From Fimbriosthenelais zetlandica (lineage: Eukaryota): 64,000 nucleotides of DNA. The notes below the pieces were generated by a model. The model was not told the origin of the DNA and made no database searches. It saw nothing but the letters and a program-made list of their open reading frames with translations. The stretch is taken from positions 23,188,001 through 23,252,000 of the forward strand of contig OZ365114.1 in assembly GCA_977030845.1 (NCBI GenBank), read 5' to 3'. A program made the position numbers and the translations under genes. The number at the start of each line of letters is the position of its first letter. Within the stretch, counting starts at the first letter, position 1. Shown here one piece after another: positions 1 through 14,500 of this stretch.

Positions 1-1417
1 TTTAGCATAGAGCATTATTTTCAACCATGATCTCAGTACATTTACCCCATTTATTTCGGATAAAAACTATTTTATTTTTATCTAATTAAATGTTCCTTGT
101 AGATTCTTAGATGCAGATGTAAATGAACATGGTCTTGAATATAAATGTTTTTGGAAATGACATGACATGTCATGAATTAAGAAGCTAGTGTGTATATATA
201 GAGCATGAACGGCAAGGGTAGTCTATGTGTGTAATCGATCGTTATCTATGTTGACATACATTAATATTTCACCAGAGTATCGCTCATGGGTTACTTAGAA
301 ATAATTAGGGTTCCTTAGGAAAATTAATAACCAAAAGAAAAGACATTTTGGTTTTGGGAGGAGATGGAAGAGATATATGGAGGGCTTAGTTTTTTTCCGG
401 GTAATTTTTTTAAGTACGTTTTTGTATGAGAAAATTACGATTAGTTCATCCAGGATTTTCTACTGGGAGATGTGCGAGTGTATATATAGAGTCAAAGTTG
501 TAAGTGAGCTACTGATCGGGTCATTCCATGTTATTTGTACAAATATTGAGATATTGGTGTGGTCATATTATTTTGATATTCGTGTTTCTATTTGTGAATG
601 AAAATTATATACCAGCATCACATAGTATGATCCAGTATTAATTTATTTGAAAACGAATGAAAGCCGTATTTGAATAGGAGTGAAGGCATGTGGATCAGTG
701 AACATCCTATGAAATAATGAGGTTCCGTTTGAATATTTCATGTATTGACGAGAACTTACAGCACATTTTAAATGCAACTACTGTTAGTTCTGCTTCCACA
801 TCAGGTCAGAAATCTCAGGTATAATTCACATGTTGGGACTGGTTTCCAAGATTTAAAACATCTATACTCCTTTTATATCAGTGATACCACTGAGGCTCAA
901 AGGTGAAAACAATATAATTATACAAAATAAATCTCTTTACCATTCAGATAAACTGGCTCTTTTTTATTTTTAGTTTTTTTCTGTCATTTTGCGGGCAATT
1001 TTGTGACGGTATGTCACAACGCTGACATGCCCAATCATCCGTTGGTAAATACTCAGTTACTCAATGTGCTCACTAGGGTGATTCTAGTAAACATGAATAT
1101 TGCTTCATCTGCCATAAACCAGGTGGCAGAGAAGTTTTGGGGCACAACCGGGTGTCTTTCTGTGCCCATGTAATTTTCTATTTGACCATGATTTTATGCT
1201 AAAAAAAACTAAAAACTCACTGGATTTACTTCTTCATGTAGTTTCACCTATCAATTCATTGTTTCAGTTCTTGCATTGGTCATAAGGGACACTAACGTAT
1301 ATATTTCTTTCCAGGTACATATATCTTTCTTTCAAACCTTGTTTTTGCAGAGGTACGATCAAGTGGTTCATATTTTCAAATCTGCATGGACAAAATGTGG
1401 GAGAAAACATTGACATT

Positions 1418-1638
1418 GACGACGATGCCTTTTAGGGCATGAGGAATGCGGCACTAAGCCTATGTGGATGGTGGGCAATAGACCAAGGCACGACCAAGTC
1501 GGTCGGATGGAGTCTGTACACTGTAAGTTTAGAGAAAACTTTGATGATGCTGATGCGTTTTGGGGCATAGGGATGGCACTATGTGGATGGTGGGCAATGA
1601 GCTAAGGCACGACCAAGTCTCTTGGAAAGAGTCTGTAC
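1418..1638 (+). repeat. Pair of diverged ~90-bp direct repeats
   Basis: ctatgtggatggtgggcaat...aaggcacgaccaagtc...gagtctgtac occurs with its core at 1460 and again at 1579 (offset 119 bp). Confidence 0.85.
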
Positions 1639-4600
1639 TTGGAGAAATATGTATAACTCGAGAGCTACCGTACCTAAAGTGACCGAGGGCCCATCTGAGT
1701 TTATTGACTGATATAACGTAACAAGTGATATGACTGATATTGTTACTGAGCTAATAGCCTGAAATGTTATCACATGTGGTCACCATTCCCCAGGAATGTG
1801 CTAGAATGACACAAAAATAATAACTTTGATGTCGAGCATAAAAAATCCATGAGGAAAAAAAATGATAGAAAAGATTGAAGAATGGGAAAGCGTCTCATTG
1901 AGAGTTTATGTGGCGCTACCTAGTGAGAAGGTCAGGTGTTGACGACCTCTGGGTAACCTTGAGGTCGTTGGTCACCTGTAACACATCACAGTAACTATGA
2001 CGAAAACCATACACATCATGGGTTGCCATGGTAACCCGAGTATACCCAGAACAAGTGCCCTTCGTCTGTTGTAAGGGTAGAGTTACATTTTTAGAGGATC
2101 CAGGCTTTTGAAAAAGAAATGGGACCAGAATGCCTTGCCCGAAGTTGATAAAAGTAGGCCTAGGCAAATGAAGAGGGTAGAGGGACGTGGAAGTGGAAAG
2201 GGCATTTTCTTGAGCATATCTGTGTCTTAGAATTCTAAGCCGAAGAGCCTGATGTTGAAAAAAGAAAAACCTTTCCCTTTTACTATCAATTTTTCGCTTT
2301 CTGCTGACTCAAGTTTTAGGGCTCCGTTCCTTACATCCAATCTATATAACCCGCCCTCTGTGTGGGATGGGGAAAGATGATCCTCTTGGATGGTTGTTCA
2401 TTCCTCCCTACCCATCAACTTGGTGTCTGTCACCATGGCAATATAGCCTCTACCAAAACAATACCATCAGGCGCTAGCGCCTTTCTCGCCGCTTGTTATG
2501 GCGTCAGGTGCTGAGAGATGTCAAGTCATATCTGTGTCATTTCTGATTCTCTAAAAATCTGGATAGCCACGTTTTCTGATATAATAATAATGTATAACTT
2601 TAAAGGATTTTGGTGAATATCTGTGTATTTTCTTAAAGACGTTTTGTCCGAAAAAAACAAGGGTTAGATTGAAAAAAGTAGAAGGGTAAAGTCCCATTGT
2701 CATTATAGAACTTTGACCAAGGAGTATTCTTCTTGCTTTGACTGATTCCAGATGGCTCCATAGAGTATTTAGTATCACTTTTTCCACTGGGAGATGTGTC
2801 ACGGTGCCTAGTCTCACGAGTGAGAGACAACAGATTGAGGTTGCGATAGACCGCCACTATTTTCTTGCCAACCCCAAAACGTGACCACACCCCCTACGAC
2901 CCCCAGTCAGCCTGGACAGACTCTCGTACATGTTTCTCTTTAATATTGCACGCTGCAAACAATATGAGACGAGTGCCAGACTCTAACGATAAGTGGTGTT
3001 GATGTCCCTGATAACAGTCTGAAGTAAGAAGCTTAAAAAACTTTTATTTTTTCTTCCAAGCTTCATGACGGTGCTATATGGTTCTCTGGCACACTTCTGG
3101 CTTATAGTACTTGTGGATGGTTATGATGAATTCTGCTCACTTGTTTTCCTCTATTTTAGAGCAGGGGAATCATTATGTATTTCATCTTCTGTAGCTATAA
3201 TAGCTGATCGATTCCACTGTTTTGGGAGTTCTGTAAAACTCTGTATTTGAATGGGTTATTTAGCAGTGTGGCTCCTCCCCTCTGTTTATTCACCTCTGAC
3301 GGTGGTCCAGGGCCACTAATGGTGGGTCTGGTCGAGTCATGTTTATCCCCAAGCAGACATTTTGTTAGAAAACAATGGTTTTACAAAACACAATTACTCC
3401 CACTGAGACCCCATCAACCCGCCTCATGTCTGGGTGGTGGCTGTTTTCCTGACCTCTCCCTGACTCCCAGCCAGGTCTAAACCCTTACTAAAATCCTCAC
3501 AATACAAAAGACACTAGCATCCTTTAGAAGGCATGCAATAATGAAAGAGGGCAAATGCATTCCCTCAGTGAGAGGCGCATTAGGGCTTAGACCAGAGGGA
3601 TATGGGCATGAGAGGCTCATAAGAGGCAATGGCCGCATGTTAACCATGACAGCCTGGTGGTGTATTATAGTAGCCCTCAGGGGGTTCCCCTGTCTGGCCT
3701 CCTTAACCCTCTCTCTCACCATCAGAAGTAAACGATAATCGGGCATCCACTCCTCAGAGGCCAGACGATAATCCAAGGGTTAAGCCAAGAGGTGAAGGAA
3801 CTTGGTCATTTCTGATCAAGTTGCCCCGTGTGAAACCCAAGACAGGCTTCATATGGTGCAAGAATTTCTGAAGTTCATCTAGGCCCTACTAAGAAATGAT
3901 TCCAGGTCCCTGAATACCACAAAGAATGAATGCCATATTGATGATTGCTTTCTCTCATAATGTTTCATTGCTCGTAGTATCTGGATCCAGCTAGGTCCAG
4001 CTGGCAGGTTTATCACATGATCCTTACATGTTATCAAAGGATCGAGGGATGAAACTTTAGCCCATGCCATCCGGCCTCCTTGCTGATTTGCTGATTTCTG
4101 ACCCCGGACTTATCTTCATGTCTCTTGCCCAGTTCTGATTTGCTTGCCTTGCTCCTAAGAGGCTGTTTACTCTTTGCAACCAAAGCAGCATTGGGTGACC
4201 TCTAAATATATGTTAGGGGCCATGTGTCCAACAGAGAAGTGTGCATGCATTATTTACTTACATGGCTTAAATGACGGTTTGACTCATGGCAGATGTTTCT
4301 ACCTGTCACTGCGATGGCCAACTCAAGTTGATGTGGATCCACACGGCAGTTACCTGTCATAAATGCAGTAAATTGCATGAGATAATTACACATCATTCTC
4401 CTACATCATTTTATAACGCGTTTCCTCCCTGGGTGTTGCATAAATTCATAAATCCTTTGTTCAACGAAGGACATCAGATTCTCGTTTGTCCAAACATTGC
4501 TCGAGCAAAATTATGCCATCTCAAGTGCTATTTCCCATTAGATGTGATACCAATTGAAGTCCACTGGTCTCAATTGCATTGGCCTACAAGTCAGACCTCT

Positions 4601-7158
4601 TAAGATCCTGGAATTATTTTGAAGGAAACCACAAAGAAACAGACACAGTTTTCATTGCAAGTGCCCTCGTTCTTGTGTTCCTTCAGAAGCCTGTCCTGGC
4701 AGGTCAAGCTGGGAGGAGGTTAGGGTCAAGCATGTCGATGAAGGAGAGTGCTCTTCTTATCTCTACCAGCAGCATCTGCTATCTGACTACATGGCTCTGG
4801 GTTATATCGTAACCCATATAATCACCTTAACCCAAATGACTAACCCTGCATCAGGTCAAGAAAAACCTACCAACCCATTATGCCTCATTTACATGGGAAG
4901 AGGGTCATGTCAAGCAAATGAGGTCTGAGGAAGACATCTTAGGTCAGGATGCTTGATTATCCCGACCTATATCCGTGAGATGTGACAGATACGCTATCCC
5001 ACTTACACTAAGTCACTTAAATTAAAAACCTGTCTTCTGTCTATAATAACCAGAAAATAATGTATAAATCAGCACAAGTCTTTATCTAGTTACTGTGACC
5101 ATTGCTTATAAGCAGTTCAATATCATTTTGATTTAGATATTGACCCAATACCCCTCACTAAGAAATAATGTACATATGCATATGGTGGGATTTTAACCTA
5201 TTATTTCAATACTTGACATTCTTTATGACAACACCTTTCTTTGTTAACAACATTATGCGAAGAATGCTTTTACCATCTGAAGTTCATACTGAGCCCAAGG
5301 AAAATCCCGAGGGCTAACCCTTTCAACATATTTAAAGCAATCAGTGCTTTCAGAAGAAAGCCCATGGTTAAAGGATTAGCTTATGTTTTATTCATGAATT
5401 GTGGATTTGGTGTTGGACGAGATGTTCCTAGTGAGCATGGGTTATTGTTGAGGAACAAAACAAGTAACTACATCTGCTGGGGTCCACTTTTCATCTCAGC
5501 TTGGTCGTTGCCTTTGGCTCCGCCCTCCCTCAGGCTACAAGGTGAGACATGGTCGATTTGTAACGATAACATGGCCAGGTGGGAAAGAAGGAGGTGCAAA
5601 GTTTGCTTTCATTAAGCATCTCATTTACATGACACATACTTCCTTAATGCCCGGCGTTATCAATCCATGATCTCTATTATATTAAAAGCTTTATTTGAAC
5701 CACACTTTTCTTAAAAGGTATGTGTATGAAATATCATCTGCATAGATCCTTTCATTTTACTCTAAGATAGAACATAATCCAGACTTTTAAATTAGTCACT
5801 GAAAGCTTTGTTCAATTTTAGCTTGACACTGAGGGGAATTCTAATGATCAAAATTAATTTTAAATGGGTCAGGATATGATGTCTCGGGTGACATTTTATG
5901 ATCCTAATGAATCATTTAAATTTAAATGTCATCCACATGTGAAAGACTCGAGTTGGAATTTCATATTTATTATGCATCAACTGACATTTAATTATGTTCT
6001 AATGGATTTAATGGGATGAAGTGTGAAATCGGATCTGAATCATAGTGAATTGATATTGTCGATTGACTGTTTGGAGGATGTTAGCTGAGTTCATATATTG
6101 TTACAGAGACACACATCCCATGTTTGTCCTTAGGGGGTGAGAGGGAATGATAGAGCGGACATTGAGCTGTCCCAGGCTAAAACAAAGCAGCCTTTATGTC
6201 TTTTTAATCCTCGTTTACACACTCATTTGTCATCGGTTTTGTTTATTAGGAAGGTACGACAAATTCCTTATTTATGGGCAGAGCTTATATGCTCTCATGA
6301 TTATCCACTTTTTAGAATATTAGTGAAAGATTTTCAGTGCTTCGTTTCATTCCATTACCGACATAGATGTAGGAACAAAATTGTACAGAAATCCATTAAT
6401 GTTTTAACTACCAGCTTGAAAGGAGTATTATCACCTTAGGGCAAGACATAGGTTTGTGTTGCCATGACAACCTCGCCCAGTCTCTGCTCTGCACATCCGA
6501 GCATCACGTCCAATGATTGGCCAGGTCTGATGGATGCTGGAGAGCAGGCGCGAGGTGAAGGGATTCTAGGCCAGTGACTGGCTCATGGTATAGTGTACTC
6601 GTACACGGTCCTAACACGCTGGAGGAAGCGCTGGCTGTATGTACCCTCCCCATCTGCCCACTACATATGTCAGGGTTGGTAGCCTACTGGAGGTTTATAT
6701 ACGTGCTCATACCACACACACATTCCCACTCCTCAGCAGCAGCTGAACCCCAAGCCCTACATCTCAGGCACCCCTCTCTGTACTGAAGAGGAAAACGGAC
6801 GCCTGGTATTGGGAAATCACGATTCAGCATTAAACTTTGAAGTGTTGTCTGCCCCTGGACCTTCTTATCCCACTTGGATATCCCCCAGATACTGGTCAGT
6901 GCATTAATGAGAGACCTGTGCCATTGTTGCCTCTGGTTTTACCGTTAGCATCCAAGACAGTTTACACTGGTTAAGATCTTGGAAAAGTGGGCGTCTATCC
7001 TGCAGCTGTCTTGGAAATTTTGGTGCCAAATCCGTATTCCTTCTGGAGCACTCTTCAGATTTCTCTCTAAAATTCAAAGGTAGGTTATGATTTATATACT
7101 TATATCTGTACATGTAGATGAACTAAACATACATAGGTTTGTAGAGACCTAGAATGTT

Positions 7159-7191
7159 GGTCGTTTCTGTGATGTCTATATGGATGATATA
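7159..7191 (+). mobile_element. Possible relic of an LTR-retrotransposon reverse-transcriptase YxDD motif
   Basis: Translates GRFCDVYMDDI, resembling the Ty3/gypsy RT motif (F-x-x-V-Y-x-D-D-I). The flanks do not give other RT motifs in frame. Confidence 0.25.
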
Positions 7192-8550
7192 CATACTTAT
7201 TTTTGCACCCATGCTGAGTGGGATACATGTGTAATGAAGGCATGTCTGCTAACATGTCCCTGAGCCTGCATGGGGTCAGACTTCAATCTTTGCCACACAT
7301 TGGTGCTAATTGATTTATTTGTATGTCCTTTGGTAGGTGGAATATCTAACGTTTGCATGAAAATTGTTATTCTGTGAGAAAATGCAGCCTTTTCAATTTC
7401 AAACTCAAACCTTAGAGTTCATTTTACTCTAAGCTCAAACCCGGTTTATCAATTCTCCATTTGGATTTGTTGTGTTATGCCTCAAAGGCAGAAATGTCAA
7501 TTTCCAGGCGCACTAGTATAAATTTAAACTGTGCCCAATTTTCTACTGGCCTTATGCAATCCCGGGTAAGCAATAGAGGACCAATTGTTCTTTCATTGCA
7601 ATTAATTTTAATTTGACTGGCTGTTAGGTTTACCTCATCCAGGGGCAGTGATATATCATTACCCAAAATGTATAAATAACATGACAAAGGCCTCCAGGCT
7701 GTGGGATGTTCTTTGTGGTGGAGGTCTCAAGTTTTCCCCAGGCATTTTACCTCGAGCATCATTATGACATCATCGCCATCTGTACATGTTACGATAAAAA
7801 GAGCCAGTGTTTTATTCTGCATAATCAGTGGAAGGTACCAGTTGGCTTTATTTCTCTCTATTTTTAATTACAATCACCGGTCATTTGCTTATGTTTGGCC
7901 ACCATTCCAATGGGAAGGCTGTATCCTGAATTCAATTGAGATATTTGCTCTTCTGTTTCCTTATATTTTGCATGGCCTAATGTTCGCCTATATTTATCTT
8001 CCATTCTGGTATAAAAGGCTATAAACATTGTTAATTTTTGGTCATTTTCAGACTAATTTTCAATGGGATTGTCCATTTTATAATGCCTTTGAAGTGTTCA
8101 TATAAATGCAGAGATAGTTTGAACACACATGTATATACACAGATGAATAAGCAGGAAAACACGTTCATCATTCTTACTATAGGCACTCAGACCAGATATA
8201 TAGGCTGGGTGAAGCGGGCTCATGTTGAAGTAATGAAGTAGTAATGAGGCATAATATGGCTGGCCTGTTCCCGTCAATCTAAATGTTGCTGGAGTCCGGG
8301 TACAGGGTTATACACTTTGGAGTTTTGTTGGCCCCTTCTTGTCACCTCGGGCTTACACAAGGCTCGTTTGTCTCTGCCGGGCTGGGGTGAGAAAATGACA
8401 GAACGCCCAATCAGGTGACCCCTGTCTTAATGACTAGCTTTTGGAAGGAAAAAATCAGATACTATTTCCTAGTAGTTTATGTGAGAATAAAAGTTTGGCA
8501 TAGAAGAAACATTTTAATGAATGCATTGTATAGCCTTCTGTCTGATGGGG

Positions 8551-8574
8551 TTGATTGATTGATTGATTGATTGA
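8551..8574. repeat. (TTGA)6 microsatellite
   Basis: ttgattgattgattgattgattga read directly. Confidence 0.9.
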
Positions 8575-11500
8575 TAAGTTACCCCTGGTCACAGTAGTTG
8601 TACACTCAAATGAGCTTCGCCTGCTTTGATCTGCCACTGGAATCACACTAGGCATAACTCAGATTCCAAGATGCTGTATTTAGTCACTGAGAACCTGGCA
8701 ACATAATGAATGGTCACTTCTGGCCTTAATTCCTCTCACTGAAATCATAAAATCGATATAAGTGGAGTAATTGCTTTTAGATTAAGTGGGAATTGCATAA
8801 GGAGGAAAGGACCTCATTGAGTTGCATTTCCATTATCCTCCCTCCCTGTGAAAGTGAAGGTTCATGTTCAGAATTGAAACATCCAGGTGTGAATTTAAAT
8901 TCATTCGGATGATCAGGTTTGGGTATTGGATAGCCTATCCGGGACTGTAATATCATCTCCTTGGATTCATGAACTAATGAATATTCATAAAACGTGATGT
9001 AGGAGCTCATTACCCATTGTTCCCCTTTTACAGTTACTTTTAGTAATTTCCACTGTCTAGAAGCCTCTCTAGAACTAATGACGAGTATACATATATTGTT
9101 AATAAATCATTGGTTCTATATAAGGTTAACTACCAAGCCAGACATGGTCACAATATTAATCAATCATCCCCAAATCTGTTGTAATTAGGCCATCAATACT
9201 GCCATATTCCAGCCATAATAAATCCCCTATAGATGATGGTGGGACCTGCAGATGACCATTGACCATGTCTATATACAATTGATCATCAACACTGTTACCA
9301 CACCCAGTATTACGTTAATTTAGTGTTTATCGCCAAATAACGAGGGACGATATGTCAGGCCTAATTTCATAGTATGTCATTATTCGGGAAATAATTGGAA
9401 CAAGTACCTGGAGGAATGTGTACCCTGGTACAGACAAGGTTCAGTGAAGATCCCTCGGTAGTCTCTGTTGTGTCTGGCTTGTCTTAGAGACCCGCGACTC
9501 CTCCCCCTGCCACTGTTTACAGACATTATGTAAGACTACTGATGGACATTTCAACACAAACAAATTCTGTCACTCGAGCTGCTCACTAATCGAGCTGATG
9601 GAGGTGAGAGAGCGGGTACATATGGAAATTTGGCAGGTTATCTCTATGGGGTGAAGTGTAGGGGTGATAAGGGGGTGGGATTAAGGCTGTGATATAGAGG
9701 ATGATCTTATATACACAGACCAATCCCACCCAGGGATGTTAAAGGGACTACATTAGTGAGATACCTGACTAATCCTCCTACCCCTGACTCCTACCACAGG
9801 AGTAGCTCCCCGGGGCTAGAATAGACAAGGTTATACCTCACTAGCCTGCTCTCACACATCACTGTCTAAACTTGAAGAGAGTATCACAAATCCTCTAACA
9901 CGAGGATATATAGGACTTTATTGGCCGGAACTATGGCTACAAAAACATTATAGAGCCATTATATTGGTGTAAGCTTACTCATTTTTACTCTAAGGTGGTT
10001 ATATCTAAATATATGCTTGATCATTATGTGGCCTTGGTTATGACTGTGATTGCTATATTTTAACTGACTCTTCCCCTCATCTGGTGGAGTATGCCCCACG
10101 TTCTTGGTCTTGAAAAATTGAAAATTGAAAACACGAGCCCCCTCTTTAGGAGGAGGGGTCAGCCCTCGCGTGTGGTTTTAATTAGTTTTTATTGGCGTCA
10201 CCCGTTGCCATATGATGTGGAGAGACGAGCTTCTCTGAGCCGCCAAGCAGGGACCTGCTTCTATTCAAGCATCATTATATTTTATTGCCCACCATGCGTT
10301 TCATATCCTGAGAAAACGTGTTCATGAAACCTTAGATTCTGGAAATTCTATATGGTCATGAATCGGAACATTTTTTCTAACCTAAAGAAGGTCTTGGAAA
10401 AGCTTCACTTAAGACTCATTCGTTCTCTATGTTGAACAATGTTGTTTTGGAGGCATGTTCCTCACAATGGTGGTCACACCCATATGACCATGGTGTACCA
10501 AATGGCTCGCCCGTTTGATTGATGGACACCATGGGTTCAAATTCAGCCCTTATCTCTCCTCCAAGATAAGACCTTTTCCAGCCTGTTTTTCTCCTCCATT
10601 TAAAGGTTAAAAGTGAACTATTTAAAGGTTAAGAAACAAGCTATAGGAAGGTTAAGGGGTGGGTAATCTAGTCTGATGACAATTGTAAGGTCAAGGAGCG
10701 GACTTTAGTAAAGTGGGTGTGTGTATATTCCAGTTGGATGGACTCTGTCCAGTCTTATCTTTCGCGCCAAGTTCCTGTCATAGCGACGATTGACTAGAGT
10801 AATCCTAGAAATGGTCAGCGTGCCTGAGCGGAGGTTTAGGAGGTCAAGAGGTGGAGTGGTCATCTCTCACTAACCTCTCTTCTTACTGAAATATAGAAAT
10901 ACCAGGCCACCAACACTGTCAATCTCCCTCCTCCACTCATCACATTCTCTCATTGTCTGCACGAGTGTGACCACATGAGCTGCTCCAACTTTTATAGTCG
11001 GAGCTGCTCATCGAATACAAGAATCAACCCATAGATACAAATCATACTACATGCTGACTTGTTACCAGTTTGTTAACCAGTTTGTGAACTATATAGGGGT
11101 TAATTTGTCAATTCTGACCTATTAACTATGGTATAAGTGAACATAGTCTTTATTGGGGTACTATTATATTCCCCTCTCAGGAAGTTCCCCTCGACCCCCA
11201 GCTGGGTGTTGTACTGACCATGTGTTGGGGGTGTATGGGTGCGTGGAGCAGACGCTGGCCCCCCACCCCCTCCTCCAGGCATGGTCACTCACCCATACTT
11301 GAACTACACACCATCACAGCAGTTGGCTTACTACCGTACCTTCCCATATAAACACCCAAATCATCCATAACCTGAGATTATACCACACTTGGCCCTTAGT
11401 TCAGACAGGTTTCTATTTCAATATGAAAAGAAATTGATATCATCATTGAATATGGTAATTGTTCATACCGCTGGTTATTTTAGGGAGTACGGTATTTGAC

Positions 11501-14500
11501 CTGAATACTGTGGTGACCAAACCTGGAGCTGACCCCGTCTTCCCCTCTGTACTACTCTCTAGGGAGCAGGAATCACACCCCTGCCCACCCCCGCCCCTGA
11601 TGTCTAATACCTCCAGTATCTTTATGTATACAAGCATCGTCCAGTCCTGACCCTCAATATTTATAGTTATACACCCAGGGTAACCGATTCTACCTTATGA
11701 ACAAGACCTCAAAATTTCAAAGAATGTTGAGAATTTCGTAAACGTTTATGGATGAGGATTTGATGTATTTGAAGGGGCAAGGAGTATAGATTAGTTCTAT
11801 ACTCGATTGGTTATACTGTTGAGGGAAGAAAGGAAGTCCACTAAATCTTTCCCCAGTGCCCTGTATGGCTGTTATCCTGTTTCAGAAGGGCCTTGTAAAA
11901 AGCTTTGCTAGGTTATAATTTCAAAAGATATTCCTTGTATTAAACCGTGTACGTGGATATCAGGTCCCTAATCTTATCTTTATGTTGGCTAAATGATCAA
12001 AGCCTCTTGGAATCTGACCCCCGCCATCGTCTGAAGTTTTGACTCCGGGTCTAGGGGGAGCTGTCATGGAGTGGCTCATATCGCTGAGGAGTGGCTCATG
12101 TCACTCACTTGTTAGCCTTTATCACCCGTCTGCTTCAAACAATCATGGTCATTAGTCGACTAAAAATGTGCTGATGGATTTTAATTAGTGTGCCATATGT
12201 GTGCTCTAAGCCACGTGTGTGCTGAGAAATGTTTTAGAAATGAATGTTCTGATACAAAAGCTATTATGAACAATATCGGGCTGCAATTGTCAATGAGGCA
12301 TAAATTACATGGCAAATCGAGGGACCTATGCTCTTCCCTCGGATCAAATCAGCCGCTGCAGTTTAATTCCATGAGTGGATGGAAATGTAGACCCGAGAAT
12401 ATACAGAACCGTCTTCACCTAATATTTCTGCTTTTTGCATTAAGAGGGTCAGAATGACCTTGTGAATTGGACTCTCAATGTCTTTCATCACATTGTGAGG
12501 GGAATATTGGCGTTCACTTCCAAACATGACCTATTATATATAACTTCAATCCCATCGCCCCCCCCCCCCTCCCCCTCCCCAGTACCACCGATCTTAGAGT
12601 TACTCTAAGCACCGATCTACCCCGTCCTTTCATATCATCATATATCCATGCCTTACCCCCGAGCCACAAACCCCACCCCCTAGTCCCTACCCCGACCATA
12701 CTCCAGGTGTCAACACATAAAGATAGCATCCAATAATAACAACCATAACAATATCACTAACACTTATATTTCCTATGCAGCAGGGTGCCAAAATATTCAC
12801 GATTTGGAGGGGAGGAAGATGACCAGAAAAACAAGCTGGGTGACGAAAGATTCTGGCCACGTTTGCCTTGCGATAATGGTCAGAGAACAATGGTGCCCTT
12901 TCTCCGCTCCCCACATAGAGACACTCTACTCCTGTTTTTATAACGTTTTCTTGGGGGAGAAAGCTGCCATGATAATATACTGGATTTCCGAAAGTAGACC
13001 TTGGCAAGGGTGCCTCAGGGTACAGACAACGGTATTTGGTGAAGCTTAAATTTTGAACATTCAAAATTATGGCCGAATCCATGGGGCTGCACCCCCACCC
13101 CCGAAAACACAATAACAAAGGGAAAGCGGGGAAAGGAAAAGGAAATTCCTGAACCCGACCTTGAATTGGAATTCCCTAATAAAAGAATGTCCAAACTTTG
13201 AGTAATATAAAGGCAAATGTACATGTAGAACTCATCCTAACATTCTTCTAGGATGCGGTGAAGTTTCTCTGGTACTTTTACAAAGCTTTTCATCCAAGAT
13301 AGCACGCGGTGTTACGCGCGGGTTGGGCCCCTATTTATTCACGTTTTTCTGGCTATTCACTGCCCTCATTTTCCCGCCAATTCCACAATGTGTGTGGTTC
13401 CATAGAGAAAGGTCCTGTTGAGCATGGAATTCAGGCCCCGCTTCAGTAAAATCTGAGCCCTCTGATAGCATCAACAGCTCTCAAGTCTGGGAAAGAGGTT
13501 GGCAAGGGTTGTAAACCAGTCCCAGAAAGAGGGGATTATTTTTACACCTCCTCCATACAGTACCATTATAAACCTCGTCCAGATGCGACTCACACAGGGG
13601 GAATGAGCATGCCAGTCAACTGTCCACAGTCTGTCGTTTTTGTCATATTGAAAATCCATAAATGTCTTCGGTGGAAATGGAAAAGATGGGATGTCATTGT
13701 CCATGTGGTTGTATTTGTTTGAAACGAGAGAATAGCAATTGAAAAGATAATATTGCCAAAGCCACACTCTGAATTTTCTGGCAGACAGGAGTGATTTCTT
13801 GTGTAGACAAAGCCGAGACAAAGTAAAATGAGCTGAAGAATTAAATACCTATTGAGTTTCCTTAGAAGCTATAACCACTCACTCATTTCCAATTATTAAT
13901 GAAATATTAGCATGTATTGAGATGATCTGAACTGTGCAGGGAATGTGGCCCGCCTCACAGGCGGTGGGCATGTCTAGATGGGGATAGAAGCAGAGCAGTA
14001 GAGAAGATTGAGTGGGTAGATAGGTAGATCAGATGGTGGATAACTTTACATGCCTGCCTGCCTCAATGCTTTACTCCTGCCTTGCCCACATCTCCCTAGT
14101 GTATAGGCAAGGCTGAACGGTCTGACACTATTTAGACACACTGTTGAATGCTTCAATAGATACAGTGAACTTTGCCCCACGGTCAGTCACTCAGATATCT
14201 GGAGGCATGGCTGGATGGGCAAGGTGATGGTCAGAGAGAGTGACCAGTTCATTATGGACCAGTATAGTGGGATGGATGACATTGCACCCTTAGGCCTACT
14301 TCAGAAACAATTAGACTTCAAAGGATTCCAAAATCTAGAAGTCAAAGTTGATTTATGGGGAACCAAAGTGAGCCTACAATGTATGACAGGTACATTTTAA
14401 GGGTGAGGTTTACCTATATAATTGGATTACTATCATTCAATACATCATAATCTTTAGTAGAAGGAAAATAGAGACCATGCTACACCCGTTCATCATTGGA

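Noticed and set aside
12687-13118. 143-aa minus-strand ORF with a hydrophobic C-terminus, suggesting an env-like protein
   Set aside because: There is no signal peptide, fusion peptide or recognisable cysteine pattern, and no adjacent pol motifs.
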